Source: Mobula hypostoma (lineage: Eukaryota). Taken from it: a stretch of DNA of 64,000 nt. Each line of letters begins with the position of its first letter. The stretch's first letter is position 1. The notes below the pieces were generated by a model. That model was not told where the DNA came from. It saw only the letters and a program-made list of their open reading frames with translations, and made no database searches. Where the stretch lies: contig NC_086097.1 of assembly GCF_963921235.1 (NCBI RefSeq), positions 153,886,001 to 153,950,000 on the forward strand, written 5' to 3'. The translations under genes and the position numbers were made by a program. Positions 1 to 12,499 of this stretch are shown here, one piece after another.

Positions 1-540
1 CCTCTCACTCGGAGATGAGGCAGTAGATGTTGAGCTGGGAGGTGCCCCTCATAACCTTCCTTGTTCTTTTGTTCCTGCTCATCTTTAGGGTCTGCCTGAT
101 GGCCCTCAAGCTCTGAGTTTTGTTCTTCTTCCAACAACAGAGGCTGCATCCTTCATGTGATGTGGCTGCAGGAGATGATGATGAAGAAACCACACATGCT
201 CAGTTTCTGCTTAAGGTACCTCCCCAGTCTGATGGAGGCATTGACATCTCATCCGTAGGAAACTAATGGTGTTTTCCACTCTGGCATTATTTCCATACAA
301 TGTAGGAGAAAGTCATTTAGATCACCAAGTCTATGACAGATCTTTTCACACTGATTTTTCCTAGAGCCTGTTCTCCCAACATTCCCAATAGCAATTCTAC
401 ATTGGCCATTTTATTAATTAACTCACATGCTCTTGGCATTCATGAGGAAACCAGAGCATGCGTGCTTTTGTGGGTTGTGTCTTGTGTGGTATTTGTTCTA
501 TCTACAGTATGTGCAGCTGATTGTAAAGTAAACAAAAGTT

Positions 541-900
541 GTTCAGAAGTTCAATGCAAGATCTATTATCAAAGAACATATATGTCACCACATACAACCC
601 TGAGATTCTTTTTCCGGCGGGCATACTTAGCAAATCTATAGAACAATAACTGTAAACAAGATCAACGAACAACAAACTGTACAAATGCAAATATAAACAA
701 ATAGGAATAAATAACGAGGGCATGAAATAAAAAATAAAGGGTCCTTAAAGTGAGACTATTGGTTGTGGGAACACCAGAAGTAGATTGAGTGTAGTTATCC
801 CTTTTTGTTCAAGAGCCTGGTGGTTGAGGGGTAGTAACTGTTCTGGAACCTGGTGGTGTGAGTCCTGAGGCACTCGTACCTTCTATCTTCTAGCAGCAGC
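541..900 (-). mobile_element. Rex1/Babar-type LINE 3' fragment (end of ORF plus 3' UTR)
   Basis: Same 3' UTR block (aaagtacatatatgtcaccatatacaaccctgag-like) that terminates the RT-bearing Rex copies at 4705-6810 and 12500-13230. Confidence 0.75.
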
Positions 901-1923
901 ACAGATATGGGAATCAGAGCATAGAGGCAGAGTCAGCCAGTCAGCCACTGAGAATGGCTAAGAGTGTGGAAACCCACAAGATGCAGTTCTGTGTGACTTC
1001 TGAAAGCACAGAGTTTTCTATCAGGGACTTATCATCTTGACTCACAGCAACTTGCTGATTGAGGGAGTGGAAATCATTTCATTGATATTAAGGGAAACAT
1101 TTATGGGTTAATGAGGAGTATCAGTGGGTGGGCTTAAATTCATTGGAGGCCAGCCAGTCCATGACCTGGCAGCTACTCCAGAAAATGTCTGGACAGTGAA
1201 TAAAGTGATATGGTAACAACTGGACTGGTGCTAGTTTCAGGCTGGGAGTTGGAAGATTGGGACATAGAGGAGCAGTTGCCCATGGATGGGAAGCTTGGCA
1301 GCTGTGGGGATCAGTAGAGTGAAGGGCTCATGGAGTGCAGATAAATAAACAAAAGAAAAGAAACCTATTTCTGAAGCTCCACAGCTCACAGCAGGCTTCT
1401 CTAAATCCCACTGCTGCAGAGAAATCTTTGCTATTGAAACCTGGTTGTTCTGATACCAGCATGCTGCAGAACTGTATGACCTACTTTCGTTGGCAACAAT
1501 ACAACTGGGTTTGCTTGGGAAATGATGGCATTAAATGTATTCTTGTCATTAGAAATGAATCATTTGCACGAACATCATCCTTAACCTTAAATGGTGGGTC
1601 TAATTTCCTGAGTGGTGAGCTTCAGCATGAAAATATGCATTGAAAAAAAGACCACATGGTGTGTCAATGGTATGAAGCTATTATTTTCAAATGAGACAAG
1701 AAATTTCTTAACTTAGATAATTGTGATTCTATTAATTTTCCGAGGCTCACCTACTGATTTTGTTCAAACCTAATTACAATAGATTTTGGACTCTGTGAAT
1801 TAAAAGATAAGGGTATTAAGCAAGAAAGCTGAATTAAAGACCACCTATGATAGTATTGATTGGTGGAACAAGATCTGTGGGCCAATGATCTTGTGATTAT
1901 AATTTCATTTTCTTTTCTTCCAG

Positions 1924-1984
1924 TTGAGGTAGTGCTGTATGTTTTTTTAGGAAGACTTTTTTTTTGGCAAGCGTTTGACAATGA
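1924..1984 (+). CDS. Candidate internal exon of an unidentified host gene: (x)EVVLYVFLGRLFFWQAFDN(D)
   Basis: Strong acceptor aatttcattttcttttcttccag, donor GA|gtaact. Only one frame is open (phase 1 to phase 2), and it joins in frame to 4085-4130. Confidence 0.55.
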
Positions 1985-2159
1985 GTAACTTAAGTTGTCT
2001 CTCTTTTATTTGGATTTAAGTTTAAAGATCCCATTAACAATCTCTGATGAATATTCATCTGCAGTCACCTGCTATACATTATTAAGGTTTACAGATTTGA
2101 GCCAAGAAATTATCTCATTAGATATACGTATTTAGTTTCATTGTTAAATTATATAGTAC

Positions 2160-2390
2160 ATTTACTTACTTTATTTATTCATTTTGAGATACAGCACAGA
2201 ACAGTCCCCTCCTGTCCAATGAGCCATACCACCCAATGACCCACCTATTTATACCCTAGCCCAATAGCAAGACAATTTACAATGACCATTTAACCTATTA
2301 ACCAGTACAACTTTGGACTGTGGAGGAAGCTGGAGCACCTGTCAGAAACCTACTTGGCCATGGGGAGAACATGCAAACTCCTTAGGGATT
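2160..2390 (-). mobile_element. V-SINE (HE1-like) fragment
   Basis: Reverse strand shows the V-domain-like motif gagtttgcatgttctcccc...cttcctccacagtccaaag, ending in an (aaat)n-type tail. Confidence 0.65.
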
Positions 2391-2939
2391 GATTTAGGTG
2401 GGTTTTTTTTTCACTTTTTATTTCTGAGATAGGCAGCACCAATGTTAAACACAGACCAAATGACATTTAGTTGGCTTAAGAAGACAATGGTTGGTGTTCT
2501 ACTTCACAGGATTTCTTCCACAAGAATCCTTGGTGTTGGCTTCAGAGAGTGTTAATATACAAGCTCACAAAAGTGATCATTTTCCTCCCTAGTAGAATGT
2601 TAGTGAGTTAATAAAACAAATATCAAAGGCATACATTTTCTGAAAAGAATTATAGAATGAATAAACACAGAAGGAAATATTTGGCTGATTGAAGATGTAC
2701 CAGCTCTATGTAAGAGTTATCTGATCAGCTGCACTTCCTTACCTTCTAATTGCAGCCTGCACATTGTTTCCCTTCAGATCTTCATGTAGCTCTGCAAGCA
2801 CAAGTGACTGCAGAAGCTAGAATCTGGAGTAAACCTAATGCAGGTTCCCAACCTGAAACATTGACAATCCCTTAGCTTCCACAGATGCTGCTCAACCTGC
2901 TGTGTTCTTCCAGCAAACTGTTTCTTGCTTCATATAACT

Positions 2940-3250
2940 CTACAGTGTCTAGGACCAGAAGGCATAGCTTCAGAATGGAAGGACTTCCCTTTAAAACAGA
3001 GATGAGGAGGAAATTCTTTAGCCAAAATGGTAGTGAATCTGTGGGATTCTTTACCACAGAAGAGGCCATATTATTGGGTGTATTTAAAGCAAAATTCAAT
3101 AGGTTCTTGATTAGTAAGGGTGTCAAAAGTTACAGGGAGAAGGCTGGGGATTGGGGTTAAGAGGGAAAAGGAATCAGTCATGCTTAAATGGTGGAACATT
3201 CTTGATAGGCCGAATTGGCAAATTCTGCTTCCATGTCTTTTGATCTTTTG
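2940..3250 (+). mobile_element. CR1 LINE 3' end fragment
   Basis: SRTRRHSFR...FKTEMRRKFFSQ translation and a 3' UTR matching the CR1 end at 27100-27450. Confidence 0.8.
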
Positions 3251-4084
3251 AATGTAATAATTAAATCCACCGTCATCACTATTCCCAATCGTGCATTCTA
3301 GAATCTAACTTGGCAGTGTAACAAGGAAATCCCCAATTTATAAATGAAAATACTGCAGATGTTGTATGCTCCAAAGATGCTGATTGACCTGACTATTTCC
3401 AGGATATGCTGTTCTTACATTTTATTTGTATATACACCATTCTGCAACCTCAAAGCATACATTGAATTATCTCCAAAGTATACTGTTATTGTGAAGCAGT
3501 CACACAGCTAGTTCCTAAAGTCAGCAATTTCAGATAATAGCAACAAAATGTCAGAGAAAAATGAAGAGCAGTGAGATTGGTCAAGGTAGTCTCATTCTCA
3601 GCAGAAATCTAACAAGATTTTCAATATCAAAGAGCTGATGAAACTTGGATTTAGTTTGGTGTGTTATGGGTACTGGAGGCATCCCATTGTTATCAGATTC
3701 TTGAATGGTCCTCTCATATACTAAGAGATACAGTCTTGATCTTCCAGTGAACCTTGTAACTTTATCATTTTATCTGTCAATCTGCACTGCACTTTCTCTG
3801 TAACAGTGACACTGTATTTTTCCTTCTGGTTTTTTACTACTTCAGTGTAATTAAATGTGTCATGATCTGTCTGGAAGACGCACTTTTCACTGTGTCTCAG
3901 TACATGTGACAATAAACCAATTCCACTTCCAGTTCCTCCTCCTCCTCTACAATGGGTTATTATTTGTTCATCTGATAGAGCTCACTGTATGCAAACACTC
4001 CTACTGTGTCAGTTGAGATTTTGTCTTTAAACACCTGAACTGGAATCCTCATAACTACAACTAGGTCTGATTCACTGTTAATAG

Positions 4085-4130
4085 TGGGTTTTTACAACAT
4101 CGAGTTGCTTCAAGTCTTTTCTTTCCTAAC
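4085..4130 (+). CDS. Candidate internal exon: (D)GFLQHRVASSLFFPN
   Basis: Acceptor tgttaatag, canonical donor AC|gtaagt. Open in phase 2 to phase 0, which continues the frame of exon 1924-1984. Confidence 0.55.
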
Positions 4131-4577
4131 GTAAGTCCGCAGGTAATTTAATTCTTACACAGATTGTCACAGTGAGATTGTAAACTAACACCACACTTGA
4201 AGTAATTCCATCTTTCTGACAAGTGATCTTTGTGATTACTGCAATTTATTCTTCCTTTATAGTGTGATATGACAGTTTTACAGCCATTATGTTCTGGTCA
4301 AGTCCTGTAGGAAGGCATGTCTTCACCTAAGAAAGGTTTGGTATGGATTGGGTTAAAGTCTGGCATGCTTGGGGTTAAGCAATCACCCTGTAGTAAGAAA
4401 AGAAAGATACAATTAATGATTAACAGCAATCCAGGTCACTCCTCAAGCGAGAGTTGATATGGTTCATGACCAACCTCTCCAAGCAATTCATCATGGAGGA
4501 TGTAAGTGCAACTGGACAATAGTCACTCTGGAATTACCACATTCTTCTTGAGCAATGGTTATTGTATAGGTCTAGAG

Positions 4578-4633
4578 CAGAGGTTCACAACCTTTTCTAT
4601 GCCAAGGGCCCCTATCATTAACATGAACCCCTG
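4578..4633. mobile_element. 56-bp hAT/Charlie-type miniature element
   Basis: Terminal inverted repeats cagaggttc / gaacccctg, flanked by the 8-bp duplication gtctagag (4570-4577) / ctctagag (4634-4641), the NTCTAGAN target typical of Charlie-type hAT elements. Confidence 0.7.
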
Positions 4634-4704
4634 CTCTAGAGTGTAATGAAACACTTCAAATTATTATGCTGAACATGTAGAATATATCCATATTTTACTT
4701 TATT

Positions 4705-6810
4705 TCAAAGTTCAAAGTAAATATATTATCAAAGTACATATTTGTCACCATATACAACTCTGCGATTCATTTACTTGTGGGCATTAATAGTAAATACAAG
4801 AAACACAATAGAATCGATGAAAGACCCCACCCAAAAAGGTGGACAAATGACCAATGTGAAAAAGACAACAAACTGAGCAAATAAAAAAGAAAGAAAAAAG
4901 AAATAATAATAACAATAATAAATAAGCAATAAATATTGAGAACATGAGGTGAAGTGTACTTGAAAGGCAGTCCATAGGTTATGGGGACAGTTGAGAGATA
5001 AGATGAGTGAGGTTGAGTGAATTTATTTGGTTCAGGTTCCTGATGGTTGAGGGGTAATATACATTCCTGAATCTGGTGTTGTGGGACCTGATACTCCTAT
5101 ACCTCCTTCCTAGTGGTAGCAGTGAGAAGAGAGCATGGCCTGGATGGTGGGGGTACTTGATGATAGATGCTGCTTTCTCGTGACAGACAATGGTGTCATC
5201 AGCAAACTTAAATATGGTATTGGAGCTGCATTTAGCCTTGCAGTCATAAGTATAATGTGAGTAGAGCAGGAGGCTAAGCACACAGCCTTGTGGGGCATCT
5301 GTGCTGATGGTAATTGTGGAAGAAATGTTGTTACCAATCTGAACTGACTGGGACCTGCAAGTGAGAAAATCAAGGATCCAGTTGTGCGAGGAATTATTGA
5401 GGCCTAGGTCTTGGAGCTTATTGATTAATTTTGAGGAGGTGATGGTGTTGAATGCCAAGCTGTAGTCAATGAAGAACATCTTGATGTAAACATCTTCACT
5501 GGCCAGATGTAACACAATTGAGTGAAGAGCCAACGAAATGGAGTCTGCTGTTGACCCGTTGTGACGGTAGGCAAAGTAGAGAAAACCCAAATTGCTTCTC
5601 AGGCAAGAATTGATATGTTTCATCACCAACCTCTGAAAGCACTTCATCATCACAGTGGATATGTGTTGCTGGGTGATAGTCATTTAGACAGGTTAACACG
5701 TTCTTCTTAGGCAATGGTATAATTGAAGCCTACTTGAAGGAGGTGGGTACCACAGACTGCCAAAGAGAGAGGTTAGAGATCTCAGTGAACACTCCAGCAT
5801 GTTGATCAGCGCAGGATCTTTAGTACTTGGCCTTGTCTGGGCTGAAGGCTTTCCAGGAGTTCACCCTCCTTGATGAGCTTGAGCTCATCTGGGAACGAAA
5901 CTTTGTTATCACCTCTGTCACTTGCTTTCACTTTGTTAGGGATGATAGAATACAAGCCCAGCTACAGCTGTCGAGCATCCTTCAATGATCCAAGTTTGGT
6001 CCAGAATTACCACTTTGTGCATAGATAGCTTTGTGGAGATTGTACCCAGGCCTCTTGTGTTTTACTTTGTCACCAGACCTGAACACCTGTGATCTGGCCC
6101 TCGGCAGATTGAGGATCTCATGGTTCATCCAGAGCTTCTGGTTGGGAAAGACTCTGAATGATTCTCTGAGGATACATTAGTCTACAACTGTTTTTATAAA
6201 GTTTGTGATAACTGTGGTGTATTTGTTCACATCTATTGATGATTCCTTGCACCCGGCCCAGTCCACCAACTTGAAATAATCCTGTAGCCATTCCACTGCC
6301 TCCTGCGACCAGCTGTTCATTGTTCTTACTTCAGGAGCCTTGGTCTTTAGCCTCTGCCTCTATGCAGATAGAAGGATGGCCAAAGGATCAGATTTCCCAA
6401 AATGTGATCTAGGAATCAAACAGTATACATTCCTTAAGGTCGTATAACAGTAGTTGAGTGTGCTGTGATTCCTGGTGATGCAGGAGATGCGTTGATAATA
6501 ATTGGGCACAGATTTCTTCAAACAAGCCTGATTGAAATCACTGATAATAATTTGAAAGTTGTTGGGGTAGGCTGTTCCTTGTTTGCTGACGGCAGCATTC
6601 AGTACCTTGAGTGCCTCCTTAACATCTGCCTTTGGCGGTATGTCAACTGCAGTTAGGATCACAGAGGAAAACTCTCCTGGTAAGTAGAACGCTTAGATGA
6701 TCCAGGTTGGGGGAACAAGAGTGTGTTAAAACAGCTGCGTCCAAGCACCAAAAGAGTTTCCATGAAACACAGATCCCGATCTTGTGCCTTCTCTGAATCA
6801 GCCGTCCTGG
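4705..6810 (-). mobile_element. Rex1/Babar LINE, decayed and internally deleted (APE and RT remnants)
   Basis: ORF 4979-5683 has FIDYSLAFNTI, APQGCVLS and KFADDT. ORF 6360-6662 has the endonuclease motifs SDFNQA and FGKSD. The RT C-terminal half is deleted just after FADDT. Confidence 0.9.
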
Positions 6811-7173
6811 CCATCTGGTTGTTGTGTATTTAATATTTCAGTAATATTTGAATAATAGTGTAAATACATTTATTGTTTAATTAAGCATTCTTTGTTTGTT
6901 TGCATAATTCATTACCAGTTATATGTAAGGACCTCCAAGAGGACCTCAAACTTGTCATAACGCTTGCGTGCCTCAATGACTGGGAGATCTTCGTTGGCTG
7001 GAGTCTGCGCCTTCTGTTTGGTTCTTGGTAAGGTCACCCATGCCAAACAGGTCAAAATGTAGAGGCCCAACTAAGCAGACACGAGGAATTCTGCAGATGC
7101 TGGAAATTCAAGCAATACACATCAAAGTTGCTGGTGAACGCAGCAGGTCAGGCAGCATCTCTAGGAAGAGGTA

Positions 7174-7211
7174 CAGTCGACGTTTCAGGCCGAGACCCTT
7201 CATCAGGACTA
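7174..7211 (-). ncRNA. Minimal type I hammerhead ribozyme motif (intact core)
   Basis: Minus strand reads tagtc-CTGATGA-agg(gtctcgg)cct-GAAA-cg-TC-gactg, giving stem I, the core, stem II and a palindromic ACGT stem III. Confidence 0.75.
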
Positions 7212-8053
7212 ACTGAAGGAAGAGCTAGTAAGAGATTTGAAAGTGGGAGGGGGAGGGGGAGATCCAAAATGATAGGAGAAGACAGGAAGTGGAGGGATGG
7301 AGCCAAGAGCTGGACAGTTGATTGGCAAAAGGGCTATGAGAGGATCATGGGACAGGAGGTCCAGGGAGATGGAAAAGGGGGAGGGGGGGAACCCAGAGGA
7401 TGAGCAAGGGGTATAGTCAGAGGGATAGAGGGAGAAAAAGGAGAGTGAGAGAAAGAATGTGTGTGTATAAATAACGGAAGGGGTACGAGGGGGAGGTGGG
7501 GCATTAGCGGAAGTTGGAGAAGTCAATGTTCATGCCGTCAGGTTGGAGGCTACCCAGACGGAATATGAGGTGTTGTTCCTCCAACCTGAGTGTCCACATT
7601 TTAATCCCACATCCCATTCCCATTCTGACATGTCTATCCACGGCCTCCTCTACTGTAAAGATGAAGCCACACTCAGGTTGGAGGAACACCACCTTATATT
7701 CCGTCTGGGTAGCCTCCAACCTGATGGCATGAACATTGACTTCTACAACTTCCGCTAATGCCCCACCTCCCCCTCGTACCCCTTCCGTTATTTATATACA
7801 CACATTCTTTCTCTCACTCTCCTTTTTCTCCCTCTGTCCCTCTGACTATACACCTTGCCCATCCTCTGGGTTTTTCCCCCCCTCCCGCTTTTCCTTATCC
7901 CTGGGCCTCCTGTCCCATGATCCTCTCATATCCCCTTTGCCTATCACCTGTCCAGCTCTTGGCTCCATCCCTCCCCCTCCTGTCTTCTCCTATCATTTCG
8001 GATCTCCCCCTCCCCCTCCCACTTTTAAATCTCTTACTAGCTCTTCCTTCAGT

Positions 8054-8091
8054 TAGTCCTGATGAAGGGTCTCAGCCTGAAACATCGACTG
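8054..8091 (+). ncRNA. Minimal hammerhead motif, stem III mutated (GAAACATC)
   Basis: tagtc-CTGATGA-agg(gtctcag)cct-GAAA-ca-TC-gactg; a CpG-type change breaks the ACGT palindrome. Confidence 0.6.
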
Positions 8092-8464
8092 TACCTCTTC
8101 CTATAGATGCTGCCTGACCTGCTGCGTTCACCAGCAACTTTGATGTGTGAGGCCTAACTAAGAGTGGTCCACTGGTCGTCCAGGTTCAGGGGTTCAGCTC
8201 AGGGCTAACAACCCCGAGTGGTCAAAAAACAATTATTATGGAAACAGCAGTGAAGGATCCTTCTATACAGAGATGGAGGACCTTCATTGCTGTCCCAGAC
8301 GCAGTTAGAGTAACGGGCAGGAAATATATGTAAGTGAATGGCCTACATCACCATTTCTTAGGAGCACACCTCACTATACTAAAGTGAAGTACACGATTAT
8401 CTCCCGACTCTTATGTTGTTTTTTTTTCCGATTAGTTTCTGGAGGTACAAAACATAATAGTGGT

Positions 8465-9030
8465 GACTTTTTTTGCGGCTCAGACAAGAGGAGTGTGTAT
8501 CGGAGTCAGAGCCCTACGGAAGTCAGGTGAGAGAGGATAAAAGTAACAGGTTCGGGTAAGGCTGGTCTTTTTGGGCTGCACAAAAAGATCAGAAATTGTC
8601 AGCATCAGAGGCCTTCTGAAGCTAGGAGTACGAGTATAAAAACAGCAGACTTGGGTAAAGCCGGTCTTTTTCTCGATGGCTCAAGCAAAAGGAGTGTTTG
8701 TCAGAGTCAGTGCCCTATGGAAGTCGGGTGAGTGGATAAAGGGGCAGATTTGGGAAAGGCTGGTCTTTTTGGGCTATGCAGACACAGAACATGTCAGCAT
8801 CAGAGGCCCAACCACAGCTGAGAACAACAGGAGTGTAGGCTCAAGGAGAGAGGCCATTGTCAGAGCGTGGCCAGTGATAAATTGTGAAGGCTTTCGCTTA
8901 ACAGTCTTCGACATGATCAGGTGAAGGCACAGTTAAGAAGAGGCAAGCCTTTTTCTTTCTTGGTATAGAGTAGTCAGAATGGAATGCTCCCCCCATCAGA
9001 TGTGGGAATTCAGAATATCTGACTATTTCC
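8465..9030 (+). mobile_element. CR1 LINE 5' UTR with internal ~125-bp repeats and start of ORF1
   Basis: Unit ggagtgt...agagccctacggaagtc...ggctggtctttttgggct...tgtcagcatcagaggcc occurs at ~8490-8613 and ~8691-8810. It is followed by MECSPHQMWE, which resembles the CR1 ORF1 CxxCxMW start. Confidence 0.55.
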
Positions 9031-9034
9031 CTCA

Positions 9035-9408
9035 CAAACAAGATGCTGGAAATCCAAGAAACACACACAATATTCTGGGGGAACTCAGCAGGCCAGACAG
9101 CTTCTATGGAAAAAAGTACAGTCTAAGTTTCAGGCCGAGACCCTTTGGCAGGATTGGCGAAAGAGAGAAAAGGAGCAGGTTGAAAAGCTGAGGGAGGCAG
9201 GAGAGAAATACAAGGAGATAGGTGAGACCGGAAGATTTACTTTGGCGCTGCTTCCTGCACCCATGCGGGGCTTGTTGGCTTCATCAACTTTGCCTTCAAC
9301 TTCCACCCTGCCCTCAAATTTACTCAGTTCATTTCCGATACCTCCCTCTCCTTTCTTAATCTTACTGTCTGTATCTCTGGAGACAGTTTATCTGCTAATG
9401 TCTGTTAT
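9035..9408. mobile_element. Penelope-like fragment: inverted pLTR piece (-) followed by RT C-terminal piece (+)
   Basis: 9035-9230 resembles the pLTR at 7090-7280. 9244-9408 translates as GAASCTHA..FINFAFNFHPALKFT..ISDTSLSFL.L, a PLE RT thumb-like region. Confidence 0.7.
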
Positions 9409-10980
9409 AGGTTTTCTGCGTCTGTATTTACTAAGGAAACTGGCATGAAGTCTATGGAATTGAGGGAATCAAGTAGTGAGATCATGGAAACTGTACAGAT
9501 TGAAAAGGAGGAGGTGCTTGCTGTCTTGAGGAAAATTAAAGTGGATAAATCCCCGGGACCTGACAGAGTGTTCCCTCGAACCTTGAAGGAGACTAGTGTT
9601 GAAATTGCGAGGGCCCTGGCAGAAATATTTAAAATGTCGCTGTCTACGGGTGAGGTGCCGGAGGATTGGAGAGTGGCTCATGTTGTTCCGTTGTTTAAAA
9701 AGGGATCGAAAAGTCATCCGGGAAATTATAGGCCGGTGAGTTTAACATCGGTAGTAGGTAAGTTATTGGAGGGAGTACTAAGAGACAGAATCTACAAGCA
9801 TTTGGATAGACAGGGACTTATTAAGGAGAGTCAACATGGCTTTGTGTGTGGTAGGTCATGTTTGACCAATCTATTGGAGTTTTTCGAGGAAGTTACCAGG
9901 AAAGTGGATGAAGGGAAGGCAGTGGATATTGTCTACATGGATTTCAGTAAGGCCTTTGACAAGGTCCCGCATGGGAGGTTAGTTAGAAAAATTCAGTCGC
10001 TAGGTATACATGGAGAGGTGGTAAATTGGATTAGACATTGGCTCAATGGAAGAAGCCAAAGAGTGGTAGTAGAGAATTGCTTCTCCGAGTGGAGGCCTGT
10101 GACTAGTGGTGTGCCACAGGGATCAGTGCTGGGTCCATTGTTATTTGTCATCTATATCAATGATCTGGTTGATAATGTGGTTAATTGGATCAGCAAATTT
10201 GCTGATGACACAAAGATCGGAGGTGTAGTAGACAGAGAGGAAGGTTTTCAGAGCCTGCAGAAGGACTTGGACCAGCTGAAAAAATGGGCTGACAAATGGC
10301 AGATGGAGTTTAATACTGACAAGTGTGAGGTATTGCACGTTGGAAGGACAAACCAAGGTAGAACATATAGGGTTAATGGTAAGGCACTGAGGAGTGCAGT
10401 AGAACAGAGGGATCTGGGAATACAGATACAAAATTCCCTAAAAGTGGCATCACAAGTAGATAGGGTCGTAAAGAGAGCTTTTGGTACATTGGCCTTTATT
10501 GATCAAAGTATAGAGTATAAGAGCTGGAATGTTATGATGAGGTTGTATAAGGCATTGGTGAGGCCGAATCTGGAGTATTGTGTTCAGTTTTGGTCACCAA
10601 ATTACATGAAAGATATAAATAAGGTTGAAAGAGTGCAGAGAAGGTTTACAAGGATGTTGAGAAACTCAGTTACAGAGAAAGGTTGAATAGGTTAGGACTT
10701 TATTCCCTGGAGCGTAGAAGAATGAGGGGAGATTTGATAAAGGTATATAAAATTATGATGGGTATAGATAGAGTGAATGCAAGCAGGCTTTTTCCACTGA
10801 GGCAAGGGGAGAAAAAAACCAGAGGACATGGGTTAAGGGTGAGGGGGGAAAAGTTTAAAGGGAACATTAGGGGGGTTTCTTCACACAGAGAGTGGTGGGA
10901 GTATGGAATGAGCTGCTAGATGGGTGGTAAATGTGGGTTTTTTTAAACATTTAAGAATAAATTGGACAGATACATGGATG
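9409..10980 (+). mobile_element. CR1 LINE, 5'-truncated and young
   Basis: Continuous CR1 ORF2 sequence from FSASVFTKE through LERRRMRGDLI and TRGHGL to the 3' UTR. Confidence 0.95.
9445..10686 (+). pseudogene. CR1 ORF2 reverse transcriptase domain (413-aa open frame, no endonuclease)
   Basis: KSPGPD, NYRPVSLTS, QHGF, YMDFSKAFDKV, GVPQGSVLGP, KFADDTK and LVRPNLEYCVQFW motifs. Frameshift near 10660. Confidence 0.9.
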
Positions 10981-12499
10981 GCACAAATACACACCACCAA
11001 AATGTAGATCACAGGCTTCAACAGCAGCAGAACACATCTGAAAGGAAAAGATGTAAAAGAAGTGGAAAAAGAGGTTTCATGAACCATCTAAAAGATGTTG
11101 CCCTAGATCGTGTTGTTCACTGGCGCCATCTTCTACTTTCTACTGAGCACCCCAGCTGTAATTGCATTATGTAACTGCTACACTATAGTGCCATCCATAT
11201 TGAAAGCCAATAACTCGGACTGAAAAAAGCATGTTCCTTAATGGATTAACAAACAAATTAAAAGTGATATGAAAGAGAAAAATAATCCTTACCCTGTAAA
11301 TTGAACAAAATATACTGGTATATAGATCAATAGCAGATGAAATTTAATGCAGACGTTTGCAATATTTCATACAAAGTAGAAAAATTAAAGTCGTGTTTAG
11401 TCAATAAACTGTGGAAATAGCTAACGATAAAGTGGATAGAGACTTAGAATTGCCTGTGGACTTGAGATTAAATCAGTACAGCATATCAATGAGTAAAACC
11501 ACAGAAAGTAATATTTGAACTGTAGAGGGGCCTCAGTAAATATTTCTGGATCATTATGTTCTTGCAGACAAAACACAGGAGACATCCAAATATTGAAGAA
11601 AGTGGAAAGCAGGTTGATCATCAGGATTAAAGATCTCAGCTCTGACATGTATGGATGAATGTGTACATTTTAACCTAGGAAACCGGCAATCTGATTGAGA
11701 AAGTAAGTATGATGGGATAAATAAATTTGAATATTGGTTTGTTAAATTGTTTGAGTAGGACTAGGAATTAAAGGCTTAAGCTAGTAAAAATCAACATTAG
11801 TACTAATATAAGAGAATTTGTCTTCACTCAAAATTGATAATCCATGAAAAAAAACTTCAGCCAAAATAATGGAAGTCTAAGCCTACATATAACAACAGTA
11901 GTAGAGCTAAAGAATGCTTAAAGATGCTTCAAATTATATGAATTAAACTGAATAGCAATGCCCACAGAATCATTAAACTTGTAGCATAGAAGTTGACAAC
12001 CACAACTGCTTTGACATTTTGGAAGAGTTAAGAGAACTCCCAATCTTTTTCCTATAATCCAGGAAATAATTTTTTTCAAGGATCTTTCTATTTCCTTTTT
12101 AAAAGCCCCTCCAGGTTGATATTCGACCACCTCTGTAGATTGTGTACTCCTAGACTCAATAGGCCTGTGTGAAAACATTTTCTTCATTTGCTCTTTTTGA
12201 TCATTAATTTTCCATGTCTGATTTCTAGTTACTGATATACCTAACAGAATAAAACACCTGTTCCAATATGCTCCCACAAAGCAATGTACAATCTTGAATA
12301 GTTTCATTCAATATTCCCCTTGATGTTTCTTTGATGTGAGAACAATATTAGCTTCTTTAAATCTTCCCTTATTAGAAAATATGCAATGGTTGAATTACTG
12401 AACTCACAGCCAAAATTCTGGACAATTTATCCAGAGACTTGAATTTGAATCCCACCATGATAAACACAAAATTTAAATTAGAGTAATTAAATATCTGGA

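Larger units (their letters stand above)
7076..8148. mobile_element. Penelope-like element fold-back insertion (GIY-YIG C-terminus and pLTR in inverted duplicate)
   Basis: Arms 7117-7593 and 7669-8148 are reverse complements. They encode ...LRLEEQHLIFRLGSLQPDGMNIDF. TSD gaggcc(c/t)aactaag at 7062-7075 and 8149-8162. Confidence 0.9.
6930..8324 (+). mobile_element. Short non-autonomous RTE-related retroposon (6930-7075 and 8163-8324), interrupted by a Penelope insertion
   Basis: Exact 10-bp TSD tatatgtaag at 6920-6929 and 8325-8334. The sequence resembles RTE-type UTRs (ggtaaggtcacccatgccaaacaggtc...gggctaacaaccc). Confidence 0.6.
6820..8459 (+). mobile_element. Probable Gypsy-type LTR split by nested insertions (6820-6929 and 8335-8459)
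   Basis: Starts tgttgtg and ends aacataata, followed by the PBS-like gtggtgac. The two halves join through the duplicated target tatatgtaag. Confidence 0.5.

Noticed and set aside
141..215. AG...GT-bounded 75-bp open frame (RLHPSCDVAAGDDDEETTHAQFLLK)
   Set aside because: It ends in phase 0, whereas the next candidate exon (1924) needs phase 1, and the donor is weak.
8488..8810. Spaced direct repeats reminiscent of a CRISPR-like array
   Set aside because: Only two or three long degenerate units in a CR1 5' UTR context, in a eukaryotic window with no cas genes.
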